Shown here: piece after piece, positions 7,736 to 17,281 of the stretch | Position numbering within the stretch: position 1 is the stretch's first letter | Layout: each line of letters begins with the position of its first letter | Assembly: GCF_900184945.1 (NCBI RefSeq) | Contig: NZ_FXYF01000009.1 | Coordinates: 94,174 to 158,173 of the forward strand | Reading direction: 5' to 3' | Source: Maliponia aquimaris | GTDB taxonomy: Bacteria > Pseudomonadota > Alphaproteobacteria > Rhodobacterales > Rhodobacteraceae | Length of the DNA stretch: 64,000 bases | Translations under genes and position numbers: made by a program | Notes under the pieces: model-generated | Database searches by the model: none | What the model was told of the DNA's origin: nothing | What the model saw: only the letters and a program-made list of their open reading frames with translations

Positions 7736-9834
7736 TTGCAGACCACCTGACCGGAATCGAACAGTTTGGCGCGGACCTATGGAAGATGGCCGACGACCTG
7801 CGGGCCAACTCCGGTCTCGCATCGAACGAGTACTTCATGCCAATCATGGGGCTCCTTTTCCTGCGCCAAGCCACGAACCGCTACTATGCTGCTCTCGCTG
7901 CGATCGAGGCGGACAAGGCCGCCGGCAAGATGCCGGATCGACCGCTGGTCGACGCCGACTTCCGCCGCCGCCGCGCAATGCTGCTGCCCGAGGCGGCACG
8001 TTACGACGTGATCCTCGACATGCCCAAGGGCGGTCAGCTTGGCGCTGCGCTCACCGCCGCCATGGAGGAGGTGGAGAAGCATTTCCCGCCGCTCGCTGGC
8101 CAGTTGCCGAAGGACTACGAGCGCTTCGACGATGACCTGCTCGAAAGCATGATGCGCAAGTTCGACACCGAGGCCCTGCGCAATGCTTCCGGCGACGTCT
8201 TCGGCCGCATCTATGAATACTTCCTCGCCGAGTTCTCCAAGCAAGGCGCGCACGACAACGGCGAATTCTTCACGCCGCCCTCCATCGTCCAGACCATCGT
8301 CAATGTGATCGAGCCAGACCACGGCATCGTTTTCGACCCAGCGTGCGGCTCGGGCGGCATGTTCGTGCAGTCCAGCCACTTCATCGAGGACGCGGGCCAG
8401 GACACGATGAAGCGCGTCACCTTCTACGGCCACGAAAAGAACGAGACGACTGCCAAGCTCGCCCAGATCAACCTGGCTGTTCACGGCTTGCAGGGTACGA
8501 TCCGAGCCGGGAATGAAGCGATCACCTACTACAAGGACCCGCACGAACTCGTCGGCAAGTGCGACTTCGTCATGGCCAATCCGCCCTTCAACGTGGACGA
8601 GGTCGACGCCGACAAGGTCAAGGGTGACAAGCGGCTTCCCTTCGGCCTGCCGGGCGTGAACAAGGCCAAGAAGGTCTCGAACGCCAACTACCTGTGGATG
8701 TCATACTTCTACAGCTACCTGAACGAGAACGGCCGCGCCGGGGTCGTCATGTCCAGCCAGGCATCCAGCGCCGGGCGGGACGAGGCGGTGGTGCGCCAGA
8801 AGCTGGTCGAGACCGGCGCCGTCGACGTGATGATCGATATCCGCGGCAACTTCTTCTACACGCGCACCGTGCCCTGTCAGCTGTGGTTCTTCGACCGGGC
8901 GATGGAGCGTGACCCCGAGCGCGCCGATCACGTCTTGATGCTCGATGCGCGCAACATCTACCGCAAGGTGTCGCGGGCCATCTATGACTTCGCGCCCGAG
9001 CAACAGAAGAATATCGCCGCCATCGTCTGGCTCTATCGCGGCCAGACGGACCGCTTCCTGAAACTCGTCGAAAGCTACATCGCGCAGGCCATCGCCGAGG
9101 GCGAGGCGGCGGCGGAACCGTTGGCAGACTATGAACAGGCGCTCGGCAAGCTGATCGATCTGGTGCAGCCCTTCGTCACCGAAAAGCGCGATCCGGATCC
9201 GCTGGCGGAGACCTGGGGCGAACTGACCGGCGCGCGGGCAACGCTGGCGGGGGATATCGCCGGGTTTGACGCCGAGGTGGCGGCGCGGGCAGCGGGCTGG
9301 CTGGGTGCCGCCCGCGACAATGCCGGGCTGCATACGGCGCGCACCGGGCTGCACCCCATGGCGGACCGCTGTCGTGACATGACCAAGCAGATAGACCTAG
9401 CCGCCAAGCTGGCCGGGCGGGTGGTGGATACAGCCATCAAAGAACTGGACGCCCGCGACCATACCCTCTGGCCCAATGCCGAGGTGACGCGCGCCCGCAA
9501 GGCGCTAGAGGGCGCGCGGGCCGCGGCGGTCGAGGCGCTGCGGTCAGCGCGGTACTTCGTGAAACAGGCCGACTGGCTGCAGGAGCGGTTCCCCGATGCC
9601 GTGCTGCGCGATGTCGAGGGGCTGGTGAAACGAATCAGCCGCGCCGAGATCGCGGCCCAGGACCACAGCCTGACGCCCGGCCGCTATGTCGGCGTGGCAC
9701 CCGAGGAGGTGGACGAGGATTTCGATTTCGAGGAGGCGCTGCGATCGATCCACATCGACCTGAAGGGGCTGAACGAGGAGGCCGAGGCGCTGGCGGCGCG
9801 GATCGCCCGGAACTTTGAGGAGTTGGGGGTGTGA
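7732..9834 (+). CDS. hsdM: Type I restriction-modification system, DNA methyltransferase subunit M
   Basis: 700 aa. N6-adenine MTase motif VMANPPFN, SAM-binding region FDPACGSGGMFVQS, HsdM N-terminal domain. Confidence 0.9.
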   Translation: MIADHLTGIEQFGADLWKMADDLRANSGLASNEYFMPIMGLLFLRQATNRYYAALAAIEADKAAGKMPDRPLVDADFRRRRAMLLPEAARYDVILDMPKGGQLGAALTAAMEEVEKHFPPLAGQLPKDYERFDDDLLESMMRKFDTEALRNASGDVFGRIYEYFLAEFSKQGAHDNGEFFTPPSIVQTIVNVIEPDHGIVFDPACGSGGMFVQSSHFIEDAGQDTMKRVTFYGHEKNETTAKLAQINLAVHGLQGTIRAGNEAITYYKDPHELVGKCDFVMANPPFNVDEVDADKVKGDKRLPFGLPGVNKAKKVSNANYLWMSYFYSYLNENGRAGVVMSSQASSAGRDEAVVRQKLVETGAVDVMIDIRGNFFYTRTVPCQLWFFDRAMERDPERADHVLMLDARNIYRKVSRAIYDFAPEQQKNIAAIVWLYRGQTDRFLKLVESYIAQAIAEGEAAAEPLADYEQALGKLIDLVQPFVTEKRDPDPLAETWGELTGARATLAGDIAGFDAEVAARAAGWLGAARDNAGLHTARTGLHPMADRCRDMTKQIDLAAKLAGRVVDTAIKELDARDHTLWPNAEVTRARKALEGARAAAVEALRSARYFVKQADWLQERFPDAVLRDVEGLVKRISRAEIAAQDHSLTPGRYVGVAPEEVDEDFDFEEALRSIHIDLKGLNEEAEALAARIARNFEELGV

Positions 9835-11051
9835 TGGCACGCACTGCTGAAATCGGCGAGTGCGTGGAAGTCGTCAGCGGCCCCGCGTTCAAGAGCGCGC
9901 AATTCACGGACAATCCTTCCGACGTGCCCTTGATAAAGGGCGAGAACGTCGCCCAAGGCTACATTGCTTGGGACAAGTCGAAGTATTGGCCCGCAAACGA
10001 CACAGAGGGCTACGAACGGTTCGGCCTCGGCGCAGGCGACATCGTCTTAGCAATGGACCGGCCTTGGATCACGGCGGGCTTGAAGTGGGCGCGCCTCAGG
10101 CCACACGATCCGCCGAGCCTGCTAGTGCAACGGGTGGCGCGGCTTCGAGCTAAACCGGGCATGCGCCAAGATTATCTCACCTATGTGATCGCCTCTACGC
10201 AGTTCTCCGATTATGTCCGAAACATCATGGGCGGCACGAATGTCCCGCACATTAGCGGCGCGCAGATCAAGGCGTTCAAGTTCAGGCTACCCGGTGAAAA
10301 CGAGCAGGCGGCAATCGCCGACATCCTCTCCGCCTATGATGACCTGATCGAGAACAACCGGCGACGCATTGCGCTGCTGGAGGAGGCGGCGCTGCTGCTC
10401 TACCGGGAGTGGTTCGTCCACTTCCGCTTCCCCGGCCATGAACACGCCCCTCTCACCGACGGCCTCCCCGAGGGCTGGGAGCGGGTGCCAGCGGCAGAAG
10501 CCTTTGAAGTAAATCCGAAGACCAGCCGAAATGACGACGGTGTAATCCGCTATATACCGATGTCCGCGCTGTCAGAGACAGGAATGGTCATCGACCGCGG
10601 GCCAGTGGAAGACCGCGATAAATCCACGAGCGTCCGGTTCCGGAACGGCGACACTCTGCTCGCCCGCATCACCCCGTGCCTTGAGAATGGCAAAACGGGA
10701 TATGTGCAGCTCCTCGCGGAAGACGAGGTTGCCTGTGGCTCGACCGAATTCATCGTCCTGCGTGGCCGGCGCGTCAGCAACTACATCGTCTATCTGACCG
10801 CGCGACAACATGATTTCAGGGAGAACGCGATTCGAAGCATGATCGGCTCATCGGGAAGGCAGCGCGTCCAGCCGAGCTGCTTCGACCGTTATCTTGTGCC
10901 AATCCCGCCTCAAGTCCTCTCGACGCTGTTTGACGAGGCGGTGGGTGGCATGTTCGCCCAGATCGGCAACCTCGATCAGCAGAACCAGAAGCTCGCCCAA
11001 GCCCGCGACCTCCTCCTGCCGCGCTTGATGAACGGGGAGATCGCGGTGTGA
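9831..11051 (+). CDS. hsdS: Type I restriction-modification system, specificity subunit S (two target-recognition domains)
   Basis: ATGA overlap with hsdM. Two TRD repeats with conserved central and C-terminal coiled regions (LLLPRLMNGEI at C-term). Confidence 0.85.
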   Translation: MMARTAEIGECVEVVSGPAFKSAQFTDNPSDVPLIKGENVAQGYIAWDKSKYWPANDTEGYERFGLGAGDIVLAMDRPWITAGLKWARLRPHDPPSLLVQRVARLRAKPGMRQDYLTYVIASTQFSDYVRNIMGGTNVPHISGAQIKAFKFRLPGENEQAAIADILSAYDDLIENNRRRIALLEEAALLLYREWFVHFRFPGHEHAPLTDGLPEGWERVPAAEAFEVNPKTSRNDDGVIRYIPMSALSETGMVIDRGPVEDRDKSTSVRFRNGDTLLARITPCLENGKTGYVQLLAEDEVACGSTEFIVLRGRRVSNYIVYLTARQHDFRENAIRSMIGSSGRQRVQPSCFDRYLVPIPPQVLSTLFDEAVGGMFAQIGNLDQQNQKLAQARDLLLPRLMNGEIAV

Positions 11052-11839
11052 CAGGCGGCTTCTTCAAAGGTCCCCGCGATTTCGACCCTGCCGCCCTGAA
11101 GGCCGGGTTGGCGGCCATGACAACGCCCCGAGACCGCACGAAGAAGCTGCTCCGCCACACCCTGCTCGACCAGCAGCTCGACGCCATCAAGGCGGTTGTG
11201 CGCAATCACGAAGCCGAGCGGGAGGGGACAGGCCACCAGTTCGAAATTCTGGATACGGACCCGCGCTGGAGAGGGGAGTTCGACGGCGGGCTGGAGGCGC
11301 GGCGTGAGGAGGCGTTCTGGCACCTGACGTTCCAGGCGTCCGCGCACAGCATGTCGGCTGTGGGGATGCTCGCCCCATTCATCGAGTCCCTGTTCGTTGC
11401 GATCTTCGCCGGATTGAGGGACCGGGTGGCGCTTCCGGCCGGCCACCCGCGCTTGACCCTGAACGAGAAAGAGCACTGGAATCCGCGGATCTATCAAGGC
11501 AGTAAGGCTGCCCGGACCGACCTGCTGAAAGGGATCATGCAGTTGTCGGAGGCGACGGGCCTCGAGCCGCACCTGCCACCCCAAACCGAGATGACGCTGG
11601 AAGCGCTTTTCCGCTACCGCAACAACATGTTCCACAACGGCTTTGAGTGGCCTGATGGCAAGATCGAGAGCTTTGCGGCCGAGAGATCGAAATGGCCGGA
11701 AGGCTGGTTCGAGATCGCGGAGAGGAACGACAAGCCATGGCTGTTTTACATGTCGCCACAGTTCTGCACCCACTGCGTGACTACGGTCGACGGCATCATC
11801 GACGGCACTGGCCGGTATTTGAAGGAGCGTGGCGGGTGA
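11048..11839 (+). CDS. HEPN-motif (Rx4H) protein embedded between hsdS and hsdR (candidate abortive-infection RNase-like effector)
   Basis: 263-aa ORF translationally coupled to hsdS (overlap 11048..11051) and 18 nt upstream of hsdR. Contains LFRYRNNMFHNGFEWP with R191-x4-H196 (nt 11618..11635), the HEPN catalytic signature. Confidence 0.5.
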   Translation: MTGGFFKGPRDFDPAALKAGLAAMTTPRDRTKKLLRHTLLDQQLDAIKAVVRNHEAEREGTGHQFEILDTDPRWRGEFDGGLEARREEAFWHLTFQASAHSMSAVGMLAPFIESLFVAIFAGLRDRVALPAGHPRLTLNEKEHWNPRIYQGSKAARTDLLKGIMQLSEATGLEPHLPPQTEMTLEALFRYRNNMFHNGFEWPDGKIESFAAERSKWPEGWFEIAERNDKPWLFYMSPQFCTHCVTTVDGIIDGTGRYLKERGG

Positions 11840-11857
11840 TTTGATGAGGGACATTGG

Positions 11858-14800
11858 ATGGCGGTAACGGGGATAAACAGCGAGGATCGACTGGTTCAGG
11901 CCACCTTCGCCGAGCATCTCGAAACGGTGCTGGGCTGGGAAAACGTCTACGCCTACAATCAGGAGGTGCTCGGGCCGGAGGGCACGCTGGGGCGCAAGGA
12001 CACGACCGAGGCGGTCCTGACGCGCGACCTGCGCGCGGGCCTCCACCGACTCAACCCCGACTTGCCGGAACCAGCCATCGAAGACGCGATCCGCGCGCTG
12101 ACCGTCTACGACGTCAGCCGCTCCATGGTGCAGCACAACCGCGATTTCTACCGAATGCTGCGCGGCGGCGTGCCCGTCACCTATCGCGACGCGCAAGGAC
12201 GCCAGAAATCCGCCCGCGCCAGGGTGATCGACTTCGACAATGCCCCCGGGGCCAACCGCTTCCTCGCCGTGCGCGAGTTGAAGCTGACCGGGATCCGGAC
12301 GCCCAACTACAACCGCCGCGCCGATCTGGTCTGCTTCGTGAACGGCCTGCCGCTGGTCTTCATCGAGCTGAAGGCCGTCTACAAGAACATCCGGGCGGGG
12401 TTCGACGGCAACCTGCGCGACTACATGGACGAAAACGTGATCGCCCATGCGTTCCATCACAACGCCTTCCTGATCGTGTCGAACGGCGACCGCGCCCGCT
12501 ACGGCTCGATCACCAGCGCGTGGGAGCATTTCAACGAATGGAAGCGGCTCGAGGAGGCGGATGAAGGCAGCGTCGATGCGGAGCGTCTGCTGAATGGCAT
12601 GCTGGCGCATGACCGTCTGCTCGATCTGGTCGAAAACTTCATCCTGTTCGACGAAAGCAAGGCGGGCGCCGCGCGCAAGGTGGTGGCGAGGAACCATCAG
12701 GTGCTGGGCGTTAACCGTGCCGTGGCCTCGGTCGCACGGCAGGAGGCGATCAAGGCCGACATCCCGCCCGGAGAACGCCTGCGGCACCGCGTTGTCGAGT
12801 TGCCGCTGGAGCGAAAAGCGCCGACGAAGCGCAGGAAAGGCGAGCAGGCGCTTGTGACGGCGGAAACGGCGCTGCCGTCTTTCATCCCCGAAGGTCCGGT
12901 CGACATAATCGAGCGGGCGCACCCCGACCTCGGCCGGTTGGGCGTGTTCTGGCACACGCAGGGCAGCGGCAAGTCCTATTCCATGGCCTTCTTCGCCGAG
13001 AAGGTGCGGCGCAAGGTGCCGGGTAATTTCACCTTCCTGCTGATGACCGACCGGAACGATCTCGACAGCCAGATCTACAAGACCTTCGTGGGCTGCGGCA
13101 TTGCCGGGAACGATACCCCGCGCGCGGCCTCCGGCGATGATCTGGAACGGATCCTGAAGGAGAACAACCAGTACGTCTTCAGCCTGATCCACAAGTTCAA
13201 CAAGGACGTGGACCCGAAGAAGCCCTACAGCGAGCGCGACGACATCATCGTGATCTCGGACGAGGCGCACCGCACGCAGGCAGGGCGGTTGGCCCGCAAC
13301 ATGCGCCTTGCGCTGCCCAATGCCGCCTTCATCGGCTTCACCGGCACGCCGCTGTTCAAGCAGGACGAAATCACCAAGCGCATCTTCGGCGAATATGTCT
13401 CGCGCTACGACTTCAAGCGATCCGAGGAGGACGGCGCTACCGTCAAGCTGGTCTACGAGAACCGGGGCGAGAAGCTGGGTGTCGCCAAGACGGATCTGAA
13501 CGACCGGATCGCCGAGAAGATCGAGGAGGCGGAACTCGACCCGGATCAGGCGGCGCTCCTCGATAAGCTGCTCGGAAAGGATTACGAGGTCATCACCGCT
13601 GATGAGCGGCTCGACAAGATCGCAGCCGATTTCGTGGACCACTGCGCAACGAGGTGGGAATCCGGAAAATCCCTCTTCGTTTGTATCGACAAGATCACCT
13701 GCGCCCGGATGCACCAGATGATCATACCGCGATGGCAGGCGAAGGCTGCAGAAGTCAGGGCGGCAGCCGATGCCAAGCAAGCCGAGGCGGATACCACGGC
13801 CGACGAAACCATGCGCGCTGTCCTCGCGGAGGAGGCGCAAGTACTGGATGCGCAGGCAACGTGGCTCCAGGAAACCATCGTCGAGATCATCATTAGCGAA
13901 GCGCAGAACGAGGTCGCGGACTTCAAGAAATGGGGGTTCGACATCATCCCGCACCGTGCCCTGATGAAGCAGGGTTTCGATACCGGGAATGGCGAACGGA
14001 TCGATGTCGAGACGGCATTTAAGAACCCCAAGCACCCGTTCCGCGTCGCAATCGTCTGTGCGATGTGGCTGACCGGCTTCGACGTGGAATGCCTGTCGAC
14101 GCTCTATATCGACAAGCCGATGAAGGCCCACACGCTGATGCAGGCCATAGCGCGCGCGAACAGGGTGTATCCTGGAAAGGATTTCGGCCTGATTGTCGAC
14201 TACAATGGAATGCTCGCCAGCCTGCGAGCAGCGCTCGCGCAGTACGCGCTCGGTGATGATGGCACAGGCGGAGAAGAGATCATCGCCCCCATCGAGGAGA
14301 GGGTGCAGGCACTGCTCGAAGCTATCGAGGCGACCGAGGCGCATCTGAGGAGCCTCGGCTTCGACCCAAGCGTTCTGCTCGGCTCGAAGGGCTTTGTGCG
14401 CATCAGGGGTCTGAAGGACGCCGTGGAAGCCGTCTATTCGACGGATGAGTCCAAGCGGCGCTTCGAGATTCTCGCACGGCAGGTGTTCATTCGCTTCAAG
14501 GCGCTGCTGATGGAACCCAGCGCTTGGGCATACGCCGAACGACACGACAACATCGAAGCAATCTACAAGAAGCTGACCGAGCGGCGCGACACGGCTGACG
14601 TGACAGAGCTGTTGAAGGAGTTGCACCGGATCGTCAACGAAGCCATCCGGACGCAGGCGCCAGGAGACGACCAAGCCGAGGGACTGACCTTCGACCTCAG
14701 TCAGATCGATCTTGAGAAGCTGCGTGATGAATTCGCAAAGAAGGTCAGACGCAAAGCGACCGCGCTTCAGGACATTCGAGACATCGTCGAACAGAAACTC

Positions 14801-15283
14801 GCCGAGATGCTGGCGCGCAATCCCGCAAGAATGGACTATCAGGTGAAGTACGAGGCAATCATCGCCGACTACAATCGGGAGAAAGACCGAACCACCATCG
14901 AGGAGACATTCCGTCGACTGGTCGAGCTCGTGAACAGTCTGGACGAGGAACAGAAGCGCGCAACGAAGGAGGGGCTTGGCGAGGATGAACTCGCGCTCTT
15001 CGACCTGCTGCTCAAGGATAACCTGGACAAGACGTCTCGTGAGCGGGTGAAGCAGGCGAGCCGCGACCTCTTGGCATCCATAAAGGCGCGCCTGGCTGAG
15101 CTCGATCGCTTCTGGGAGAAGGAACAGACCAAGGCAGACGTCGAGGTCTTCATCTTGGACGAAGTCTTCGCAAGTTTGCCGTCACCGCCGTTCACGCCCG
15201 ATGAAAAGAAAGCGCTTGCGGCAAGCGTCTACGCCCATGTGTGGCAGCAGGCCGTGAACGGTGGCTTCGCGCAGGCGGCCTAG
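11858..15283 (+). CDS. hsdR: Type I restriction enzyme, R subunit (helicase/endonuclease)
   Basis: 1141 aa. SF2 helicase motifs (VFWHTQGSGKS Walker A, VISDEAHRTQ DEAH box), HsdR N-terminal nuclease region, long coiled-coil C-terminal extension. Confidence 0.9.
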   Translation: MAVTGINSEDRLVQATFAEHLETVLGWENVYAYNQEVLGPEGTLGRKDTTEAVLTRDLRAGLHRLNPDLPEPAIEDAIRALTVYDVSRSMVQHNRDFYRMLRGGVPVTYRDAQGRQKSARARVIDFDNAPGANRFLAVRELKLTGIRTPNYNRRADLVCFVNGLPLVFIELKAVYKNIRAGFDGNLRDYMDENVIAHAFHHNAFLIVSNGDRARYGSITSAWEHFNEWKRLEEADEGSVDAERLLNGMLAHDRLLDLVENFILFDESKAGAARKVVARNHQVLGVNRAVASVARQEAIKADIPPGERLRHRVVELPLERKAPTKRRKGEQALVTAETALPSFIPEGPVDIIERAHPDLGRLGVFWHTQGSGKSYSMAFFAEKVRRKVPGNFTFLLMTDRNDLDSQIYKTFVGCGIAGNDTPRAASGDDLERILKENNQYVFSLIHKFNKDVDPKKPYSERDDIIVISDEAHRTQAGRLARNMRLALPNAAFIGFTGTPLFKQDEITKRIFGEYVSRYDFKRSEEDGATVKLVYENRGEKLGVAKTDLNDRIAEKIEEAELDPDQAALLDKLLGKDYEVITADERLDKIAADFVDHCATRWESGKSLFVCIDKITCARMHQMIIPRWQAKAAEVRAAADAKQAEADTTADETMRAVLAEEAQVLDAQATWLQETIVEIIISEAQNEVADFKKWGFDIIPHRALMKQGFDTGNGERIDVETAFKNPKHPFRVAIVCAMWLTGFDVECLSTLYIDKPMKAHTLMQAIARANRVYPGKDFGLIVDYNGMLASLRAALAQYALGDDGTGGEEIIAPIEERVQALLEAIEATEAHLRSLGFDPSVLLGSKGFVRIRGLKDAVEAVYSTDESKRRFEILARQVFIRFKALLMEPSAWAYAERHDNIEAIYKKLTERRDTADVTELLKELHRIVNEAIRTQAPGDDQAEGLTFDLSQIDLEKLRDEFAKKVRRKATALQDIRDIVEQKLAEMLARNPARMDYQVKYEAIIADYNREKDRTTIEETFRRLVELVNSLDEEQKRATKEGLGEDELALFDLLLKDNLDKTSRERVKQASRDLLASIKARLAELDRFWEKEQTKADVEVFILDEVFASLPSPPFTPDEKKALAASVYAHVWQQAVNGGFAQAA

Positions 15284-15561
15284 GGCCGTTCGCTGATCGT
15301 TCGATCCGGGTTCCAGCGGCTTAGCGAACGGAACTGCGAACCCCGCCCAGTGAGCCCCCACTCTAAGCCTAATGATTTCAGTAGCATGGCGCTCTGAACC
15401 GAACCTCGCGCGGTTAATAGGTCCGGAGAATATTGGCCCTGAGAGACTGCTTCCGAGGCTCTTGGCACCGGGGCCGGTTAACTGCCCGTCCCGCATAACC
15501 CTCGAAAACAACGGGAAAATCTGGCCGCATCCGGATCGGGAGAACGCTTTCGCGAGGGCAA

Positions 15562-15652
15562 GTGGCGGAGACGAAGGGATTCGAACCCTCGAGACGGTTT
15601 CCCGTCTGCACCCTTAGCAGGGGTGTGCCTTCGACCACTCGGCCACGTCTCC
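15562..15652 (-). tRNA. tRNA-Ser (anticodon GCT)
   Basis: RC reads GGAGACG-TG-GCCGAGTGGTCGAAGGCA-CACCC-CTGCTAA-GGGTG-long variable arm-GAGGG-TTCGAAT-CCCTT-CGTCTCC-G-CCA. 3-bp D-stem and long extra arm typical of Ser; CCA encoded. Confidence 0.85.
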
Positions 15653-16351
15653 GCTGATCGGTATACCTGCCCGATCCTTGGAAATACAAGGCGAAAAAAC
15701 GTGGCGTTGTCCCAAGACGAGGTGCGTCCCCAAGCCATTGACGCCGCGCGGCGAACCGAGCGCATTCGCTTTCCGGATCAAGACCTTGGCCGTGCCTTCG
15801 CGCGCGTGGATCGCGCGACATATCCTATCTGCTCGCCAAGCCGACAACTGCGTCGCGTCTTGACCCGGGGGATGCAGGCATACCGGAACGGGAGAAATGC
15901 ATCGCGGTTGGAGACGCCAACCAACCTTTGGTCTGGCGTCATTTTCCTGCGGCTTTGCACCTCGGTCGCGGTTCACATCGCCCAGCCCCAAGCGGTCTCG
16001 AAATGCGCGCTTCCTACAGCACCCGGGTCTGCGCGTTGGTGACAGGACCATTCGCAGGACCCGTTGCACCACCCGTTCCGCCCCACGAAGCCTTTGTGCG
16101 CAGACCAACGCGGTTTGCCGGCGGGCCACCGGTCTGGAGGATGACGCGCCTTGATCGGTGGACATGCCATAGACCCCGCGATCGGAAAGACCCCCGGGAT
16201 CGGCGAAATTGGCCAACGAGATAACCACGGCTCACAAACCTTTCCTCGACGGTTCGTGCCAAGCGCGCGCCAGAACGGCGCAAAGGTCCGAACCATGGCA
16301 GGCAAACTCCAAGTGGACACCACCGCCGCGGCAAAGAACTAGACCGAGACC

Positions 16352-16879
16352 ATGGTCCGCAGCGGTTTCGAGGGCGTTTCGGCCAACGACTCCGGTATTG
16401 GGTCGGCTTATGCCATCCAGAGCCAAGGAGGCACCGTCGCGCCGGATCCGACGCCTTCGGACAGCGCTGTCATCCTGTCCACCGGCAAGGCGATGAGAGG
16501 CACCAGCGGCCTGGCAAAGGTCAATGCCGCCGCCGGCACGAGGACCGTGCACAAAACGTCAGGCGATGAAACTCTGACCGAGGATTCCGGGCAGCGGACC
16601 CTTGATGCTGTCGTCGGCAAGGAGACCCTCGTGCCGGAGGGTAACACGCTGGCGATGCAGGGCGTGGTCCCGTTCGAAGTGTCCCTGAACCCGGTCAGTG
16701 CCGGGTTCTCCGTCGCGCTGACGGCAGCGCTCATCCGGGGCGCGGTCAACACCGTCAAGTTCGGCATCGCGGATGGCGGCGGTGGCTCCTGCGACGGCAA
16801 CCTGCTGACCGCGGAAACAGCAGCCGGTCCGCGCCGGTTGCCGGGGACGACGGCGCCGTGTTTCGTTGCGGCACCTTGA
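16352..16879 (+). CDS. Questionable hypothetical protein (Gly/Ala/Thr-rich) in otherwise gene-poor stretch
   Basis: 175-aa ORF with host-like GC3 codon usage but low-complexity sequence, no recognisable domain, no clear RBS. May be a decayed gene fragment. Confidence 0.25.
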   Translation: MVRSGFEGVSANDSGIGSAYAIQSQGGTVAPDPTPSDSAVILSTGKAMRGTSGLAKVNAAAGTRTVHKTSGDETLTEDSGQRTLDAVVGKETLVPEGNTLAMQGVVPFEVSLNPVSAGFSVALTAALIRGAVNTVKFGIADGGGGSCDGNLLTAETAAGPRRLPGTTAPCFVAAP

Positions 16880-17281
16880 CGGCCGCACCTTCGGGTCCGC
16901 GTCCGGTCACGAGCCGGCCCCCGGCACCCCGATGAGCCCTCGGACCACGGCTCGCAACGCCTGCGTTGGGTGGGTCTCTCCGCGCGCCTTATGCCAGGCA
17001 ACGACGCTCCGGTGAAGATCGCCAGATGCGCCTTCGGAGCACGGCGCATCACCCTGGCTCGCCGCACCACAGACTGTTGCGGCGAGCCCCTCGCGCGACC
17101 CTGCTGTTTGACCGGCATCAGATCACGGCCGCCAATGGCGTCCCCTGCGAAAGCTCCCTGCCCTGTCCGGAAACCACGCAATGCTCCGAGCCGAAGGTCC
17201 GGAATGCCTTGCTGCGTCTCCTTCGGCACGAGGGACGCGGGCCTGCCGCCCACGTCCATGCGGCGCGTTGCGGCCTAAGGC

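Noticed and set aside
10976-14674. 1232-aa minus-strand ORF antisense to hsdR (and similar long antisense ORFs at 40243..42660, 43907..46750, 47683..50157, 52564..54174, 54784..56424)
   Set aside because: All are stop-free mirror frames of well-supported sense-strand genes (hsdR, ACADs, thiolase, fadB, cheA, cheR). Translations are Arg/Gly/Ala/Pro-rich low-complexity sequences.
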